A stretch of 52,963 nucleotides of DNA from Bacteriovoracaceae bacterium (GTDB lineage: Bacteria; Bdellovibrionota; Bacteriovoracia; Bacteriovoracales; Bacteriovoracaceae). Within the stretch, counting starts at the first letter, position 1, and each line of letters begins with the position of its first letter. Under the pieces are notes generated by a model. That model did not search any database and had not been told where the DNA came from. It saw nothing but the letters and a program-made list of their open reading frames with translations. The stretch is from assembly GCA_041586955.1 (NCBI GenBank), contig JBFGZE010000014.1, positions 1 through 52,963 on the forward strand, written 5' to 3'. Positions 1 to 10,414 of this stretch are shown here, piece by piece. A program made the position numbers and the translations under genes.

Positions 1-118
1 ACAATTGAAGAGGAGAAAACTTATCGCAAGAATAGTGAAAAACTTTGTCATGTATTTAACCTTGTGTAAAATATAAAAAAGTATATTAATTAAATATAAC
101 CTAATAAAAGTAGGACCA

Positions 119-685
119 ATGATTAAAATTTTATTACTTAATACATTATTTTTATTCCCGGCCTTAATATTAGCTAATTATACCATCTTAAAAAAGAAAG
201 GTAATATTCTAATTGATGGTAAAAATATTTACCCTGCCAAAACATTAACCAGAGGGACATTGGTCACTCAGAAAAATTCCTGGATCCAATTAAAGTCCGA
301 TACGGGGGTTCAATTTACTTTAGGGCCATCATCTACGATGGCGTTGGGGCCCCAGTCCCCCGTTTTAGAGCAGGGAAGCATAAGGCAAAAATTAGTCAAA
401 AAGTTACGGCAAGGTGCTGTTATAGTGAAAACAAAACAGGCCTCTTTTGGCGTTCGTGGAACTGATTTTTTAGTGTTGGCCAATTCCCTTTTAGGAGAGA
501 GTGAAATTATTGTGTTCACCGGCAAGGTTGAGTTTTCCAATCTCGGGCAGAAAAAGGACCAAATCTTAGTCAAAGGGGGGCAATGGGGTGGACTGGGAGG
601 TCGTTTTGGCGCCCAAATTGGCAAATTAATGGATTTACCCGCGAATATCATTAATCATTTTGACCAAAATAGCTCTATGCTTTAA
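119..685 (+). CDS. Secreted FecR-domain protein
   Basis: N-terminal signal peptide; FecR motif 'VKTKQASFGVRGTDFLV...IIVFTGKVEF'. Confidence 0.75.
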   Translation: MIKILLLNTLFLFPALILANYTILKKKGNILIDGKNIYPAKTLTRGTLVTQKNSWIQLKSDTGVQFTLGPSSTMALGPQSPVLEQGSIRQKLVKKLRQGAVIVKTKQASFGVRGTDFLVLANSLLGESEIIVFTGKVEFSNLGQKKDQILVKGGQWGGLGGRFGAQIGKLMDLPANIINHFDQNSSML

Positions 686-2310
686 GGGCCTGTTTGGGCC
701 TTTTTTTCCAAGTAATAATCATAATTTCCGGGATAAATGTGTATCCCGCCTTTATCGATTTCATAAACTTTCTCAGTGAGTGCCCTTAAGAAGTGACGAT
801 CGTGACTGACCAGCATAATGGTACCTTCGAATTTTTGGAGGGCCTCTAAAAGAACTTCACGCGATTTAATGTCTAAATGGTTTGTTGGCTCATCGAGAAC
901 TAAGAAATTATTATTTTGTGATAAAAGTACAGCTAAAATAAGACGACTTTTCTCGCCTCCAGAAAGATGCCTTACTTTTTTATCGACATCACTCCCGCGG
1001 AAAAGGAAAGCGGCCAAAAGATTGCGGAGAAAACCGTCACTGGCCTTGGGAAGTGAAGACTGGATTTCTTCTAAAACCGAAGACTCGGGATTCAGTACAT
1101 CGAGAGAGTATTGGCTAAAATAGCCTAGTTTAATACTTGGACCTAGTTGGATTGAACCGTGGCTGGCCTGTGCTTGGCCACAAATAACTTTAAGTAAGGT
1201 TGATTTTCCTGCTCCGTTGACACCGACAACAGCGAGCTTTTCTTTTCGTTTGATGGTCGTATTAAGATTATTGAAGACCTCCAAAGAGGTACCATCTTTT
1301 TTAATCCAGGTTTTCGCCAACTCCTTTATGATGACAACATCATCACCCCCTCGAGGAGGGGTTATGAATTCAAAGGAAATTTTTTCTTCTTCAGGAGGAA
1401 GCTCAATGCGCTCAATCTTTTCGAGTTTCTTGACTCTTGATTGAACCTGCGCGGCGTGTGAAGCGCGTGCTTTAAATTTGGCAATAAATTGCTCCTCCTT
1501 AGAGAGCATTTCTTGCTGTCGCGCATGTTCGGCCTTAATTTGTTTGGAACGAACTTCTTTTTCGCGCTCGTAAAAATCGAAATTACCAGAATAGGTGGTG
1601 ATTTTTTTATGAGCGATTGCCACAATTTTCTTCGCGACATTATTCATAAAATAACGATCGTGAGTGGTCATTAAAATGGCGCCCTTATAGTTTTTAAGCC
1701 ACTCTTCAAGCCAAAGGATGGTTTCCATATCGAGATAATTGGTCGGTTCGTCCATTATAATAAGGTCAGGGTTAATCACTAAAACTTTGGCGAGGGCGAT
1801 CCGCATTTTCCAACCACCGCTGAATTCTTCCACCATTTTATGGTGGTCAGCAGGCAGGATACCAAGGCCGGTTAAAACTTCTTCTGCTCGTGTTTCGAGA
1901 TCATAACCGCCTCGCTTTTCAAATTCCGTTTGAACATCTCCAAGTTTTTCTAAAATGAGGTTCATTTCGTCAGGATCTAAAGTCGGATCAACTAATTGCT
2001 CTTCAAGAGCACGCATTTTTTCTTTAAGGATTTTGACTTTGGCATCACCTTCTAAAACCTCAGTGACGGCACTTTTTCCTTTCATTTCTCCGACATTTTG
2101 TGAAAAATAGGCCATGGTGAGCTTGTCGGGAAAAGATATCTGGCCTTGATCAGGCCTTTCTTCGCCAATAATCATGCGAAAAAGCGTGGATTTTCCGGCA
2201 CCGTTAGGACCGACAAGACCGACTTTTTCTCCAGGGTAAATTTGAAAATTGGCGTTGGAATAGAGGACTTCTCCACCCATAATTTTTGAGATATTTGAGA
2301 CATTTAACAT
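682..2310 (-). CDS. ABC-F family ATPase (ribosome-associated)
   Basis: Two NBDs (GPNGAGKS, GVNGAGKS), FSGGWKMR and LSGGEKSR signatures, DEPTN Walker B motifs, inter-domain linker, no TM segments. Confidence 0.95.
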   Translation of the reverse strand: MLNVSNISKIMGGEVLYSNANFQIYPGEKVGLVGPNGAGKSTLFRMIIGEERPDQGQISFPDKLTMAYFSQNVGEMKGKSAVTEVLEGDAKVKILKEKMRALEEQLVDPTLDPDEMNLILEKLGDVQTEFEKRGGYDLETRAEEVLTGLGILPADHHKMVEEFSGGWKMRIALAKVLVINPDLIIMDEPTNYLDMETILWLEEWLKNYKGAILMTTHDRYFMNNVAKKIVAIAHKKITTYSGNFDFYEREKEVRSKQIKAEHARQQEMLSKEEQFIAKFKARASHAAQVQSRVKKLEKIERIELPPEEEKISFEFITPPRGGDDVVIIKELAKTWIKKDGTSLEVFNNLNTTIKRKEKLAVVGVNGAGKSTLLKVICGQAQASHGSIQLGPSIKLGYFSQYSLDVLNPESSVLEEIQSSLPKASDGFLRNLLAAFLFRGSDVDKKVRHLSGGEKSRLILAVLLSQNNNFLVLDEPTNHLDIKSREVLLEALQKFEGTIMLVSHDRHFLRALTEKVYEIDKGGIHIYPGNYDYYLEKKAQTGP

Positions 2311-2527
2311 TGAGATTCCTGAGCTTTTTAAAGGGTATTCTAATCGGAAATACCCATATGATCCAGAAGTAATCCCGAGAATCTTGCCTCATCGATATTG
2401 GAGTGAGGAGGCCAATGCCAACTACCTGATTTAACGATTGATTGATTTGTAAAAGATGCAAAATATGCTGGCAAGTGGGTAAATCTCAACTGATATATTA
2501 ACGTCTAAAAATTGTTTATCATTACCT

Positions 2528-3256
2528 ATGGGCAAGTCCACTATCATCCTTTTATTTTTAACTTTTCTTATAGGGTTCTCCAGACCCATAAAGGCCAATT
2601 ATTGTGGCCGTCTTTTTGATAACTTAACTTCTCCTGTTTGCACCGATGCTCGCTATATTTTTTGGACGGGAACCATTGCCACCATTGGCCTGCGTTTAGT
2701 TAAAGATCGTTTTGTCGATCAATTGCAACAAGAAATTGTTAATAAAAATCACTTACGGGATAATTGGGGAGAGTTCGGTGGCGATGTTGGTTATGGATAT
2801 TTAAATGCAGCTTATTTTTTAGGAAATCTATTTTTCGGCGGCAAAGATGGTAATAAGCGGGCAGAACATATGCTCGAAGCGACGATGTATACGCTAGGGA
2901 CCACCGTTCTTCTTAAAGACCAAATCCATGAAACAAGGCCAGGATATCCCGACGACCATCTTTCTTTTCCATCAGGCCATTCTTCAGTAGCCTTTGCTTT
3001 CGCCTCTGTTGTCACTGCTAACCATGGATGGGTATGGGGCGGGATTACTCATTTGATGGCATCATTTATTGCTTTTAGTCGCATGGATGAGAACTGGCAT
3101 TACCTTCATGATGTCGTGGCGGGGATGACTCTTGGGATGAGTTATGGCTGGGGAATTTATTTTAATCATAAGCAACATAGTAAGCCTTATTGGTTTGGCT
3201 TCAGGCCGGTTGATGATTTCTCTGGAATGGCCTTGACTTATTCTTACCAATTTTAA
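2528..3256 (+). CDS. PAP2-family phosphatase
   Basis: C1 K-x6-RP (KDQIHETRP), C2 SFPSGH, C3 SRMDENWHYLHDV. Confidence 0.9.
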   Translation: MGKSTIILLFLTFLIGFSRPIKANYCGRLFDNLTSPVCTDARYIFWTGTIATIGLRLVKDRFVDQLQQEIVNKNHLRDNWGEFGGDVGYGYLNAAYFLGNLFFGGKDGNKRAEHMLEATMYTLGTTVLLKDQIHETRPGYPDDHLSFPSGHSSVAFAFASVVTANHGWVWGGITHLMASFIAFSRMDENWHYLHDVVAGMTLGMSYGWGIYFNHKQHSKPYWFGFRPVDDFSGMALTYSYQF

Positions 3257-3441
3257 AGACGGCGGTTTTTTCTAAATTGAGTTCGGGACAAATGGTTTGC
3301 ATACGAGCAGGGATAGTCGCTACTCGAAAATAAATAATCTATTCACTGAGGGGAGTGACAGGAATCTCCAGTCTCGATATCTAGTTGTTTGTTTTTCCCA
3401 GGTATTTCAGGTATGAACTGAAATAGGTTTAGGAGAGAAAG

Positions 3442-3942
3442 ATGACTGCAGATGAAATTATTGAACAATTAAATTTGGTCCCATTGCCTGAAGAGGGTGG
3501 ATTTTTTAAAGAGACTTACCGAGATCAGGGAACTCTTGCTTCAAGCTCCATCCCCCATTTGGCCAAGGAGCATTCCTATTCAACTTGTATTTATTATCTT
3601 ATAACACCGGAAGAGTTTTCTGGCCTGCACGCAGTTAAATCGACGGAAATTTTTCATTTTTATTGTGGTGACCCTGTCGAAATGGTGCAAATTGACCAGG
3701 ATGGTCAGCAAAAAAGTATTATTATGGGACCAGATTTATTAAATAATCAAAGCCCACAGGTGGTTGTGCCTCCATTAACATGGCAGGGAACGAAGCTGGT
3801 TGCTGGAGGGAGTTGGGCCCTTCTTGGGTGTACTGTCGCTCCTGGGTTTGATTATTCCGATTTTATCAACGGAACATTTACTGAACTATGCGATTTATTT
3901 CCTCAGCACCGAGATATCATCAAGGATTTTACTCATCAATAA
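3442..3942 (+). CDS. Cupin_5 (DUF985) family protein
   Basis: 'LPEEGGFFKETY', 'STCIYYL', 'EIFHFYCGDP', 'GCTVAPGFDYSDF'; RBS AGGAG upstream. Confidence 0.9.
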   Translation: MTADEIIEQLNLVPLPEEGGFFKETYRDQGTLASSSIPHLAKEHSYSTCIYYLITPEEFSGLHAVKSTEIFHFYCGDPVEMVQIDQDGQQKSIIMGPDLLNNQSPQVVVPPLTWQGTKLVAGGSWALLGCTVAPGFDYSDFINGTFTELCDLFPQHRDIIKDFTHQ

Positions 3943-4290
3943 AGCACAAATCATTATTTGTAAGCATTTATAGGTGATGTAAAATCAATTCTATTCCTTC
4001 ATGGGTATCAATTAAAAAATATGCTTTAAATTTCCTAATAATACTGGTGGAGTCGTGATAAACCCTGAGCATTTTTCGTAGTAAGACTCATAGACAAAGG
4101 AAATTCATTTGGATTACGTTCTTGTAATTGATAATAGAATAACGTTTCGTAGAAATGAGATGAATTCATATAAGATTTAAGGGCGTGAAAACTACCCTGT
4201 GATTGGTGTTAATGCCAGGCCAATTCATTTCGGTCAAGTCCAACAATATTAAATAGCAAACCCTCATCAAGGGCATAATGGTTGCTTAGC

Positions 4291-5157
4291 TTAAGAAGAT
4301 TGATCTTCTCCTTCCGTCGGAGGGTGGGCCCCATCACTTTTAATAGTTTCTTGGGTCCGGACATATTTCACAAAATCGCGTAAAAGAGTATTGAAATCGA
4401 CAGAATTATCTAAATGGGGACTATGTGCTGAGTTGATTATATTCAGACGCTGGTTAAAGAGATGGTCAAATTTTACGTATTTGAAATAGGCCTGATTAAC
4501 GAGAGTGTCTTGAGTGCCATGGGCCAGGCAAATAGGGGTTGTACTCGAGTTGACCGTATTTAGTTCGTCGCCAAATTCTCCCTGCTGCAGGCTTAAAGAG
4601 ATTTTAGAGCGGAAATCAGTATCAGTTGCTCGTATATATTGACAGGTGTTTTGGAGGTCTTTTTGAGAGGCGCTTTTTTCATGGCATTCTCCTGCCAAGG
4701 CCTTAATATTTTCTTCACTCAATGTGCCTGTAAGGAGATGGGAAAAGGACGGGTTGGCGAGGAACATCTCTTCTATTTTAGGAGGAATGGATAAAGGAGG
4801 GGTGCCAAAAGCAAAGACTCCACTTGGAGAGAGTTCCTCGATCGTATGGATAGCGATATGGCCACCGAGTGAATGGCCTACAAGGATGGGGTTTATCAGT
4901 TTTAGTTGTTGGCAGAACTTGGTGATGATATCAGCAAAAAAGGGTAGTGAATAAACTTTGGATGAATCAGAGCTTCCATGTCCTGGTAGGTCGAGAGCAT
5001 AAAGAGTATGGAGCGGGAAAAGCTCTGAGTCTGATAATTGCTTATCAAAGCTGGCCCCGGATTGTGAGTTTCCATGGATGAAAATAATGGCCAAAGGTCC
5101 TATACCGTTTTGTTGATATTTGATTGAAAGGCCATTTATGAGTATTGATCTTTTCAT
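4291..5157 (-). CDS. Alpha/beta hydrolase
   Basis: IHGN oxyanion motif, DLPGHG, GHSLGG nucleophile elbow, HSPH catalytic His. Confidence 0.9.
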   Translation of the reverse strand: MKRSILINGLSIKYQQNGIGPLAIIFIHGNSQSGASFDKQLSDSELFPLHTLYALDLPGHGSSDSSKVYSLPFFADIITKFCQQLKLINPILVGHSLGGHIAIHTIEELSPSGVFAFGTPPLSIPPKIEEMFLANPSFSHLLTGTLSEENIKALAGECHEKSASQKDLQNTCQYIRATDTDFRSKISLSLQQGEFGDELNTVNSSTTPICLAHGTQDTLVNQAYFKYVKFDHLFNQRLNIINSAHSPHLDNSVDFNTLLRDFVKYVRTQETIKSDGAHPPTEGEDQSS

Positions 5158-5342
5158 GCTTAATTTCTCCGCTCTACTTCATGTATATAGGGTTGCGTTA
5201 ATGTTTGACTAGCTGAATGAAAATAAAACAGTAAGAAGGACTGGAATATTAACCTCGCGACATTAAATGACACGACCTGATGCGTTGTAAATGCAAAGGT
5301 CTTGTTTAAAGTTAACGAATCTTAATTTTTTTTTTTGTAAAG

Positions 5343-5375
5343 ATTTAGTGTATCTTATTTATTTAGTGTATCTTA
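5343..5375 (+). repeat. 15-bp direct repeat ATTTAGTGTATCTTA x2 (18-bp period) upstream of the response regulator
   Basis: Exact copies at 5343-5357 and 5361-5375. Confidence 0.85.
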
Positions 5376-5406
5376 ATTTATAAGAAACAATTTAAATTGG
5401 TGAATA

Positions 5407-6057
5407 ATGGAAGTTCTTTGGTTAGCAGACCCACGTTCAAATTGTATAAAAGCGTATGAAAGCATTCTGAGTGATCGTTTTGCGTTGCGACACTTCTCGT
5501 CTTTAGGGGAAGTAGAAAGTCAATTAATTCTCGTCAGGGCCGAGAATGTTCAGGCACCAGAGCTGATTATTTCTGAAATTGAGTTTAATGATGGTGGCCT
5601 GGCAGAGCTTCTTCAAAATTATGCGGATGTTTTTGCTCAAAAGCTACGCTTTATGGTTGTATCTGACATTTATGATCTCCAAACGATGAGGTTTTATTTT
5701 GATCAAGGTGCTCAGGACTATATTTTAAAACCGGTCAATGAAAATGAGTTAATCGTTAAGGTCGAGCAGGCCCTGGCGGCAACAGCAAACCTTAATGCTA
5801 AAACGCGAGAACTAAATAAACTTAAAGACGAAATTAAAAATCTCACCCTCAAAGAGTTTCAAATCTTTTCTTTATTTATTGATGCTTGTGGCCAGAAAAT
5901 TAGTAGAGAAGAAATTCACAGTAAAATTTGGTCAGGGGTTCATGTTCAGCAAAAAACTGTTGATGTGCATTTATTCAATTTACGTAGAAAAATTGAGCCG
6001 TTTAACCTTGAAATCATTACTACTAAAACTGGGGAATGGATTCTTAATAAGGTCTAG
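5407..6057 (+). CDS. OmpR/PhoB-type response regulator with atypical receiver
   Basis: Receiver end 'GAQDYILKP'; winged HTH 'LTLKEFQIF...SREEI...TVDVHLFNLRRKI'; Glu at the phospho-Asp position (LIISEIEF). Confidence 0.85.
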   Translation: MEVLWLADPRSNCIKAYESILSDRFALRHFSSLGEVESQLILVRAENVQAPELIISEIEFNDGGLAELLQNYADVFAQKLRFMVVSDIYDLQTMRFYFDQGAQDYILKPVNENELIVKVEQALAATANLNAKTRELNKLKDEIKNLTLKEFQIFSLFIDACGQKISREEIHSKIWSGVHVQQKTVDVHLFNLRRKIEPFNLEIITTKTGEWILNKV

Positions 6058-6288
6058 AGCTCGATCAATTTACAGTAAGTTTAAATTTTTTTGCTTTGAA
6101 GTTCATATATAATCTTTTTTCTGCTGGTAGAAATATAACCTTTTAAGACTTTTCTCTCTCGACGCTCTAACCTCATAGGGAAAAATCGGGAAGGCTTATG
6201 CATCGTGTCTGTTGAAATTTCTTGAACACTTATAGAAAATAAACCTAAACTAAAGCTATTATTAGTTAACTAAAATGGATGAATAACA

Positions 6289-6633
6289 ATGAGCTATGAA
6301 TTTTATAAATTATTGCATTTAGTATGCTTAGTACTGGTGGTCTCTTGCTTAGGGATTTCTTATTTTTGCAAACCTCCTCTAAAGTGGGCGAGACTGTTAG
6401 GAATGACTGCGAGTTTTTTATTGATGGTGGCGGGTATGGGGCTTTTGGTCAAAGCTTATGGAGGTCAACCTTGGCCTTTATGGGTTCAGGTGAAATTAGG
6501 TATCTGGCTTGTTCTCGCCGTTGCTGGCCCTATGATGGCCAAGCGGCTTACTAAAAATAGAGGTTATGCTTATTCTTTTTTAATGTGCCTTTTTGTTGGC
6601 GCCATTTATCTTGCTGTTTTTAGACCATTTTAA
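6289..6633 (+). CDS. Small 4-TM membrane protein (SirB2-like)
   Basis: 'YEFYKLLH', 'WPLWVQVKLGIW', C-terminal 'RPF'; four hydrophobic segments. Confidence 0.6.
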   Translation: MSYEFYKLLHLVCLVLVVSCLGISYFCKPPLKWARLLGMTASFLLMVAGMGLLVKAYGGQPWPLWVQVKLGIWLVLAVAGPMMAKRLTKNRGYAYSFLMCLFVGAIYLAVFRPF

Positions 6634-6777
6634 AAATATCTCAATTGGTTAGGGGAAGTTTCTTAGTGGAGCTTCCTCAAATACATCCTTTATGTTTTAA
6701 ATGAATATATTGCCCGGAATAGGGGCGCAATGTGATAGAGTAAATTCGGTTAATAAGTCTCTTAAAATGAGGTGATT

Positions 6778-7290
6778 ATGAAGGACATATTGAGTCGTTA
6801 TAATTTTCCAAAAGTTTCCGAGTTTATGACGAAAAAGGTGATCTCTTTTACCCCCGATCAAAATTCACTTGATGTCGTGAAATATTTTAATACTCACCAT
6901 ATCTCCGCCGCTCCGGTGCTTGACCCTTCTGATTCCACGAAGCTTATTGGCTTTATTACGGAAAAAGATTGTATGGAATTGATCGCCAATGGTAGTTTTT
7001 TTGATGAGTGTATAGAGACGCCGATTGATACTTATATGACAAAAAATGTGATTACGGTAAGTGATCAAATGGATATTTTTGAAGTGGAAAGCCTTTTTAG
7101 GGCCCATGGGATTGGACATGCTCCCGTTGTTGACAAAAATGGACACTTGGTGGGAATCTTAGGGCGCCGTGATATTTTATTGGCGTTTGAACAGGTATTA
7201 GATCGCATTAACCTTTTTAAAGAAGAGTATAATGTCCCACCGAAAGAATTAGGGGAGACTCAGGAGTTAATTCTAAGACTTAATCGCTAA
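6778..7290 (+). CDS. CBS-pair domain protein
   Basis: Two CBS repeats (VSEFMTK...LIGFITEKD; IDTYMTK...LVGILGRRD); ATG 6778 follows GAGGTG RBS. Confidence 0.9.
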   Translation: MKDILSRYNFPKVSEFMTKKVISFTPDQNSLDVVKYFNTHHISAAPVLDPSDSTKLIGFITEKDCMELIANGSFFDECIETPIDTYMTKNVITVSDQMDIFEVESLFRAHGIGHAPVVDKNGHLVGILGRRDILLAFEQVLDRINLFKEEYNVPPKELGETQELILRLNR

Positions 7291-8254
7291 TACTCATCTG
7301 AAGCGGACGGACGTATTCATCAAAAAGTCCTCCGGCCAATAGCGCGACAGATTCATTTGATCCATTATTGGCCAATACGGCGAGACCATATTGACGACCG
7401 TCTATATGGAAAACGATAACATGATTTCTGACTGAAACTTTATAGGGTGTCCCATCTGGATTTTTATCACTACCTGTTTTGGGATCAAAGGTGGCGCCAG
7501 TATAGGTGCCAGTTTTACCTCCCACATAAAGATCGCGGGGGAGGTATTTAAGCGCCTTAGAGTATCCGGTGCGGCAGGTGTGCATGAGTTTCCAAAGGGT
7601 TTCTGCACCTAAATATTTTCCCATATAAGTGTCATGTAAAAAGTCAGTTAACTCTGTGGCGGTTAATTCATTTCCATGTAAATTGCCCAGCCAGCCAGAA
7701 AATCCGCGAGTCAATTGATAACCCATGGATTGAGTAAATTCGTGAATTCTTTGACGGCCTTTATGGGCACTACCATCGCCAATCCAAGTTTGTAATTGCT
7801 TCCACGCCGAATTGGAGGAGACAACCAGCATATTGGCCATTTTTTTGGTAATGGTATCGCTTATCTTTCCCTCTTCCCTATGTAATAGGGTCGCCGCGAC
7901 AAATATCTTGGAGACAGAGGCACCAAAAATTTTTGTAGCGGCATTATTGCTTTGGTCGATAATGGTTTTTGTGTCGAGATCCATGAAGGCCCATCGAACT
8001 TTGGTGTTTTGTCCATTTTTTGTGGCGGCCTTGAGACCTTGATAGGCGGCGATATGACTTTGTGTAAAATTGGCACCCGCTCCAGTGGTGAGTGAGAGCG
8101 ACCTCCTTTTTATTTTAAAATCGGAAAGTTTTTTTCCTGAGGGGAGGGTGGTGAAGTGTGGATCACTAACGGGATTCGTTGGCATTACCGCCAAGGCGTA
8201 GTTTATCGAGAATAAGTATATTAAAAAACTTAGGTAAAGTCCTTTCAAGGTCAT
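7280..8254 (-). CDS. Secreted serine beta-lactamase / DD-peptidase-fold protein
   Basis: Signal peptide; SxxK (ASVSK), SxN (SSN) and KTG motifs in the correct order. Confidence 0.8.
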   Translation of the reverse strand: MTLKGLYLSFLIYLFSINYALAVMPTNPVSDPHFTTLPSGKKLSDFKIKRRSLSLTTGAGANFTQSHIAAYQGLKAATKNGQNTKVRWAFMDLDTKTIIDQSNNAATKIFGASVSKIFVAATLLHREEGKISDTITKKMANMLVVSSNSAWKQLQTWIGDGSAHKGRQRIHEFTQSMGYQLTRGFSGWLGNLHGNELTATELTDFLHDTYMGKYLGAETLWKLMHTCRTGYSKALKYLPRDLYVGGKTGTYTGATFDPKTGSDKNPDGTPYKVSVRNHVIVFHIDGRQYGLAVLANNGSNESVALLAGGLFDEYVRPLQMSISD

Positions 8255-8524
8255 CGGATCATCCTTTTTGAAATGTCTTTATTCCATTGTACTCAAGGGC
8301 GATTGACTTTCTATAGGGAGAAAAGATCAGGCATAGCTTAGCAAGAATGGGGGATTCGAATCCACTGAATTTAATTTACGAATCCATTATATTGAGTATT
8401 GCTCCTAATAAATTCTTAATTACAAATAGTTAGCTAAGCTTAAGGCAAAATATGGTCCCTACCCAAAGGGCTTTTGGCCTGGCAAGATGATTGTCACTTA
8501 GGACAAGATTAATTCGTATCCTCT

Positions 8525-8941
8525 TTAAGAGTTCTCAGTCGCGATTCTGTGAAGGACTTTTAAAACTGACTTCGCGATGGATTTTATTTTTTCTTGGTCT
8601 TTGCCACATTCGCTGCCCCAAATGGAACCTGGCCAGGCACGATCATTTTTATAACGACAGATTATGTGGATATGAAGTTGCGGCACCATATTGCCGAGAG
8701 CACCAGTATTAATTTTATCGGCAGAGAATTCAAGGAATAGCTCCTTTGATAACAGCGATATTTCGGTAATAAGACTGCGTTGATCATCTTTTGATAATTC
8801 AAAAATTTCTTTTATGTCCTTTCGTTTTGGGATGAGAACGACCCAAGGATTTTGACTATCTGGTAGAAGGCGAACTTGGCAAAGGTTTAGATCGCCTATG
8901 AGATCAGTATCTTTTTCCAATTGGGGATGGAGCGTAAACAT
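8525..8941 (-). CDS. HIT-family hydrolase
   Basis: 'FTLHPQLEKDT', 'PWVVLIP', 'LGNMVPQLHIHII...DRAWPG'. Confidence 0.9.
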   Translation of the reverse strand: MFTLHPQLEKDTDLIGDLNLCQVRLLPDSQNPWVVLIPKRKDIKEIFELSKDDQRSLITEISLLSKELFLEFSADKINTGALGNMVPQLHIHIICRYKNDRAWPGSIWGSECGKDQEKIKSIAKSVLKVLHRIATENS

Positions 8942-9109
8942 AGGTACTTCCTTTATTAATAGATAAATTATTATTCCATAAGAGGGGATACACGGCCATT
9001 GTAAATAAAATATCGTTAACCCCCTGGTATCAAGCGAATATTTTTCGCCTATGCGGAGTAAACAAAAAACTATGGTATTCTTGGCAGGTCTTAATAAGAA
9101 GGATTAGTT

Positions 9110-10243
9110 TTGGTCTCTAAGGTTTTTTTATTTATCTCGTTAATATTCTTAACGAGCTGCAGTTCTCTAGAATTTAATGGACTAAGGTCTACAGCTGCCG
9201 TTAATCATCGCAATTGTCTTGAAACCATTCAGACCCTTATTGATTCAGATCATCCTATTAAGAGTCATGTCTTTCAGGTGGAAGAGGGGTCTCTTGCCAG
9301 TCAGATTTCAAATTTTAATGAATTTAAAAAAAATATAATAGAGGCCAGGCCTTCGATTGATAACTTTATCAGAAACTATGAAGTAGATAAGGGAGAAAAA
9401 CCTACGATTAAAGAGGTTATTATATTTTTTGAAAAAGCATCGAATGAGATGATTCGTATTATCCAAAAATCAAAAACAGGGAATCCTCAAATTGATGGTT
9501 ATTTAATGGATCTTATAAAGGCCGTTAAACTTTCTGAGAAGGTTCAAAATTTTGTCACGGAAACGATCGCTGAAAATTCGGCCTTAATTAATGAGGTGAT
9601 TAATCTAAAAATTGATGATCATATCAATATGATAAATCGGCTCGGCCCAGGAAATTATAAAGGAGCTTTAGGAGAGTTTAATGCCTTGATGGCCATTAAA
9701 AACGTCGTGACTCAAGGTTATAGTATTAAAATGAAAATACCTGGAACGTCACCCATGGCGGCCTTGTCTGCTAAAATAAGAAATCGCTTGGCGATCAAAA
9801 TCAGGGAAGCCGATCCAAAACGTTTTGACGAATTGAATGCACGATACCCTCGTGTCTTTAAAAGAATTGAGGGATTGACAGCGGAGGAAAATATAAAAGA
9901 GGCCTTTAGGTTTATTAAGTCGAAAGAATTTGATGTGATTCAACAAGTTGGTGATAAATTTGTTTTTTATGAAGTGAAAAATCTTAAAAAAAGTTTAGAT
10001 CTTAAAAAGCTTATGGGTATGGGCAAGCAACAAGGTAAATCCATTTTTGATCAATTGATGGAAGATGTGGAAATTATCGGCCATTTAGGCCTAGAGAAAG
10101 ATATCTATTTCGCTTTAGTGGTTTTTCGCGGTGTCAGCCGTGAGTCTGTGGCGGTATTAGAAGCTCATGGGGTTAAGGTTTTAGGAACAACCTTCGAGGA
10201 AAATATAACAGCGAAACAGTTTCATCGCATCTTCCCAGAGTAA
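9110..10243 (+). CDS. Lipoprotein with putative C-terminal PD-(D/E)XK nuclease domain
   Basis: Lipobox LTS-C; 'GALGE' helix, then 'EFDVI...FVFYEVKN' catalytic-type motif. Confidence 0.6.
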   Translation: MVSKVFLFISLIFLTSCSSLEFNGLRSTAAVNHRNCLETIQTLIDSDHPIKSHVFQVEEGSLASQISNFNEFKKNIIEARPSIDNFIRNYEVDKGEKPTIKEVIIFFEKASNEMIRIIQKSKTGNPQIDGYLMDLIKAVKLSEKVQNFVTETIAENSALINEVINLKIDDHINMINRLGPGNYKGALGEFNALMAIKNVVTQGYSIKMKIPGTSPMAALSAKIRNRLAIKIREADPKRFDELNARYPRVFKRIEGLTAEENIKEAFRFIKSKEFDVIQQVGDKFVFYEVKNLKKSLDLKKLMGMGKQQGKSIFDQLMEDVEIIGHLGLEKDIYFALVVFRGVSRESVAVLEAHGVKVLGTTFEENITAKQFHRIFPE

Positions 10244-10414
10244 TTTAATCTATTTAATACTTAACTTTTTATAGAGCTAATGTACTTGAATATATCACTC
10301 GTGTGAAATAAAAATCGTTTACCCATCCTCATTAAATGCTATAATCAAATAATTAAATCCGAAGTGCTGTTGTGCAACGAAACCGAGGGAACATTTTTTT
10401 TTGGTAAGGTATGA

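Noticed and set aside
3943..4290. 350-bp gap between convergent genes as a possible sRNA
   Set aside because: No recognisable RNA motif, strong hairpin or ORF
8341..8370. tRNA T-arm-like GGGGGATTCGAATCCAC as a possible att site
   Set aside because: No cloverleaf and no match to the tRNA-Asp 3' end; only a 12-bp palindrome
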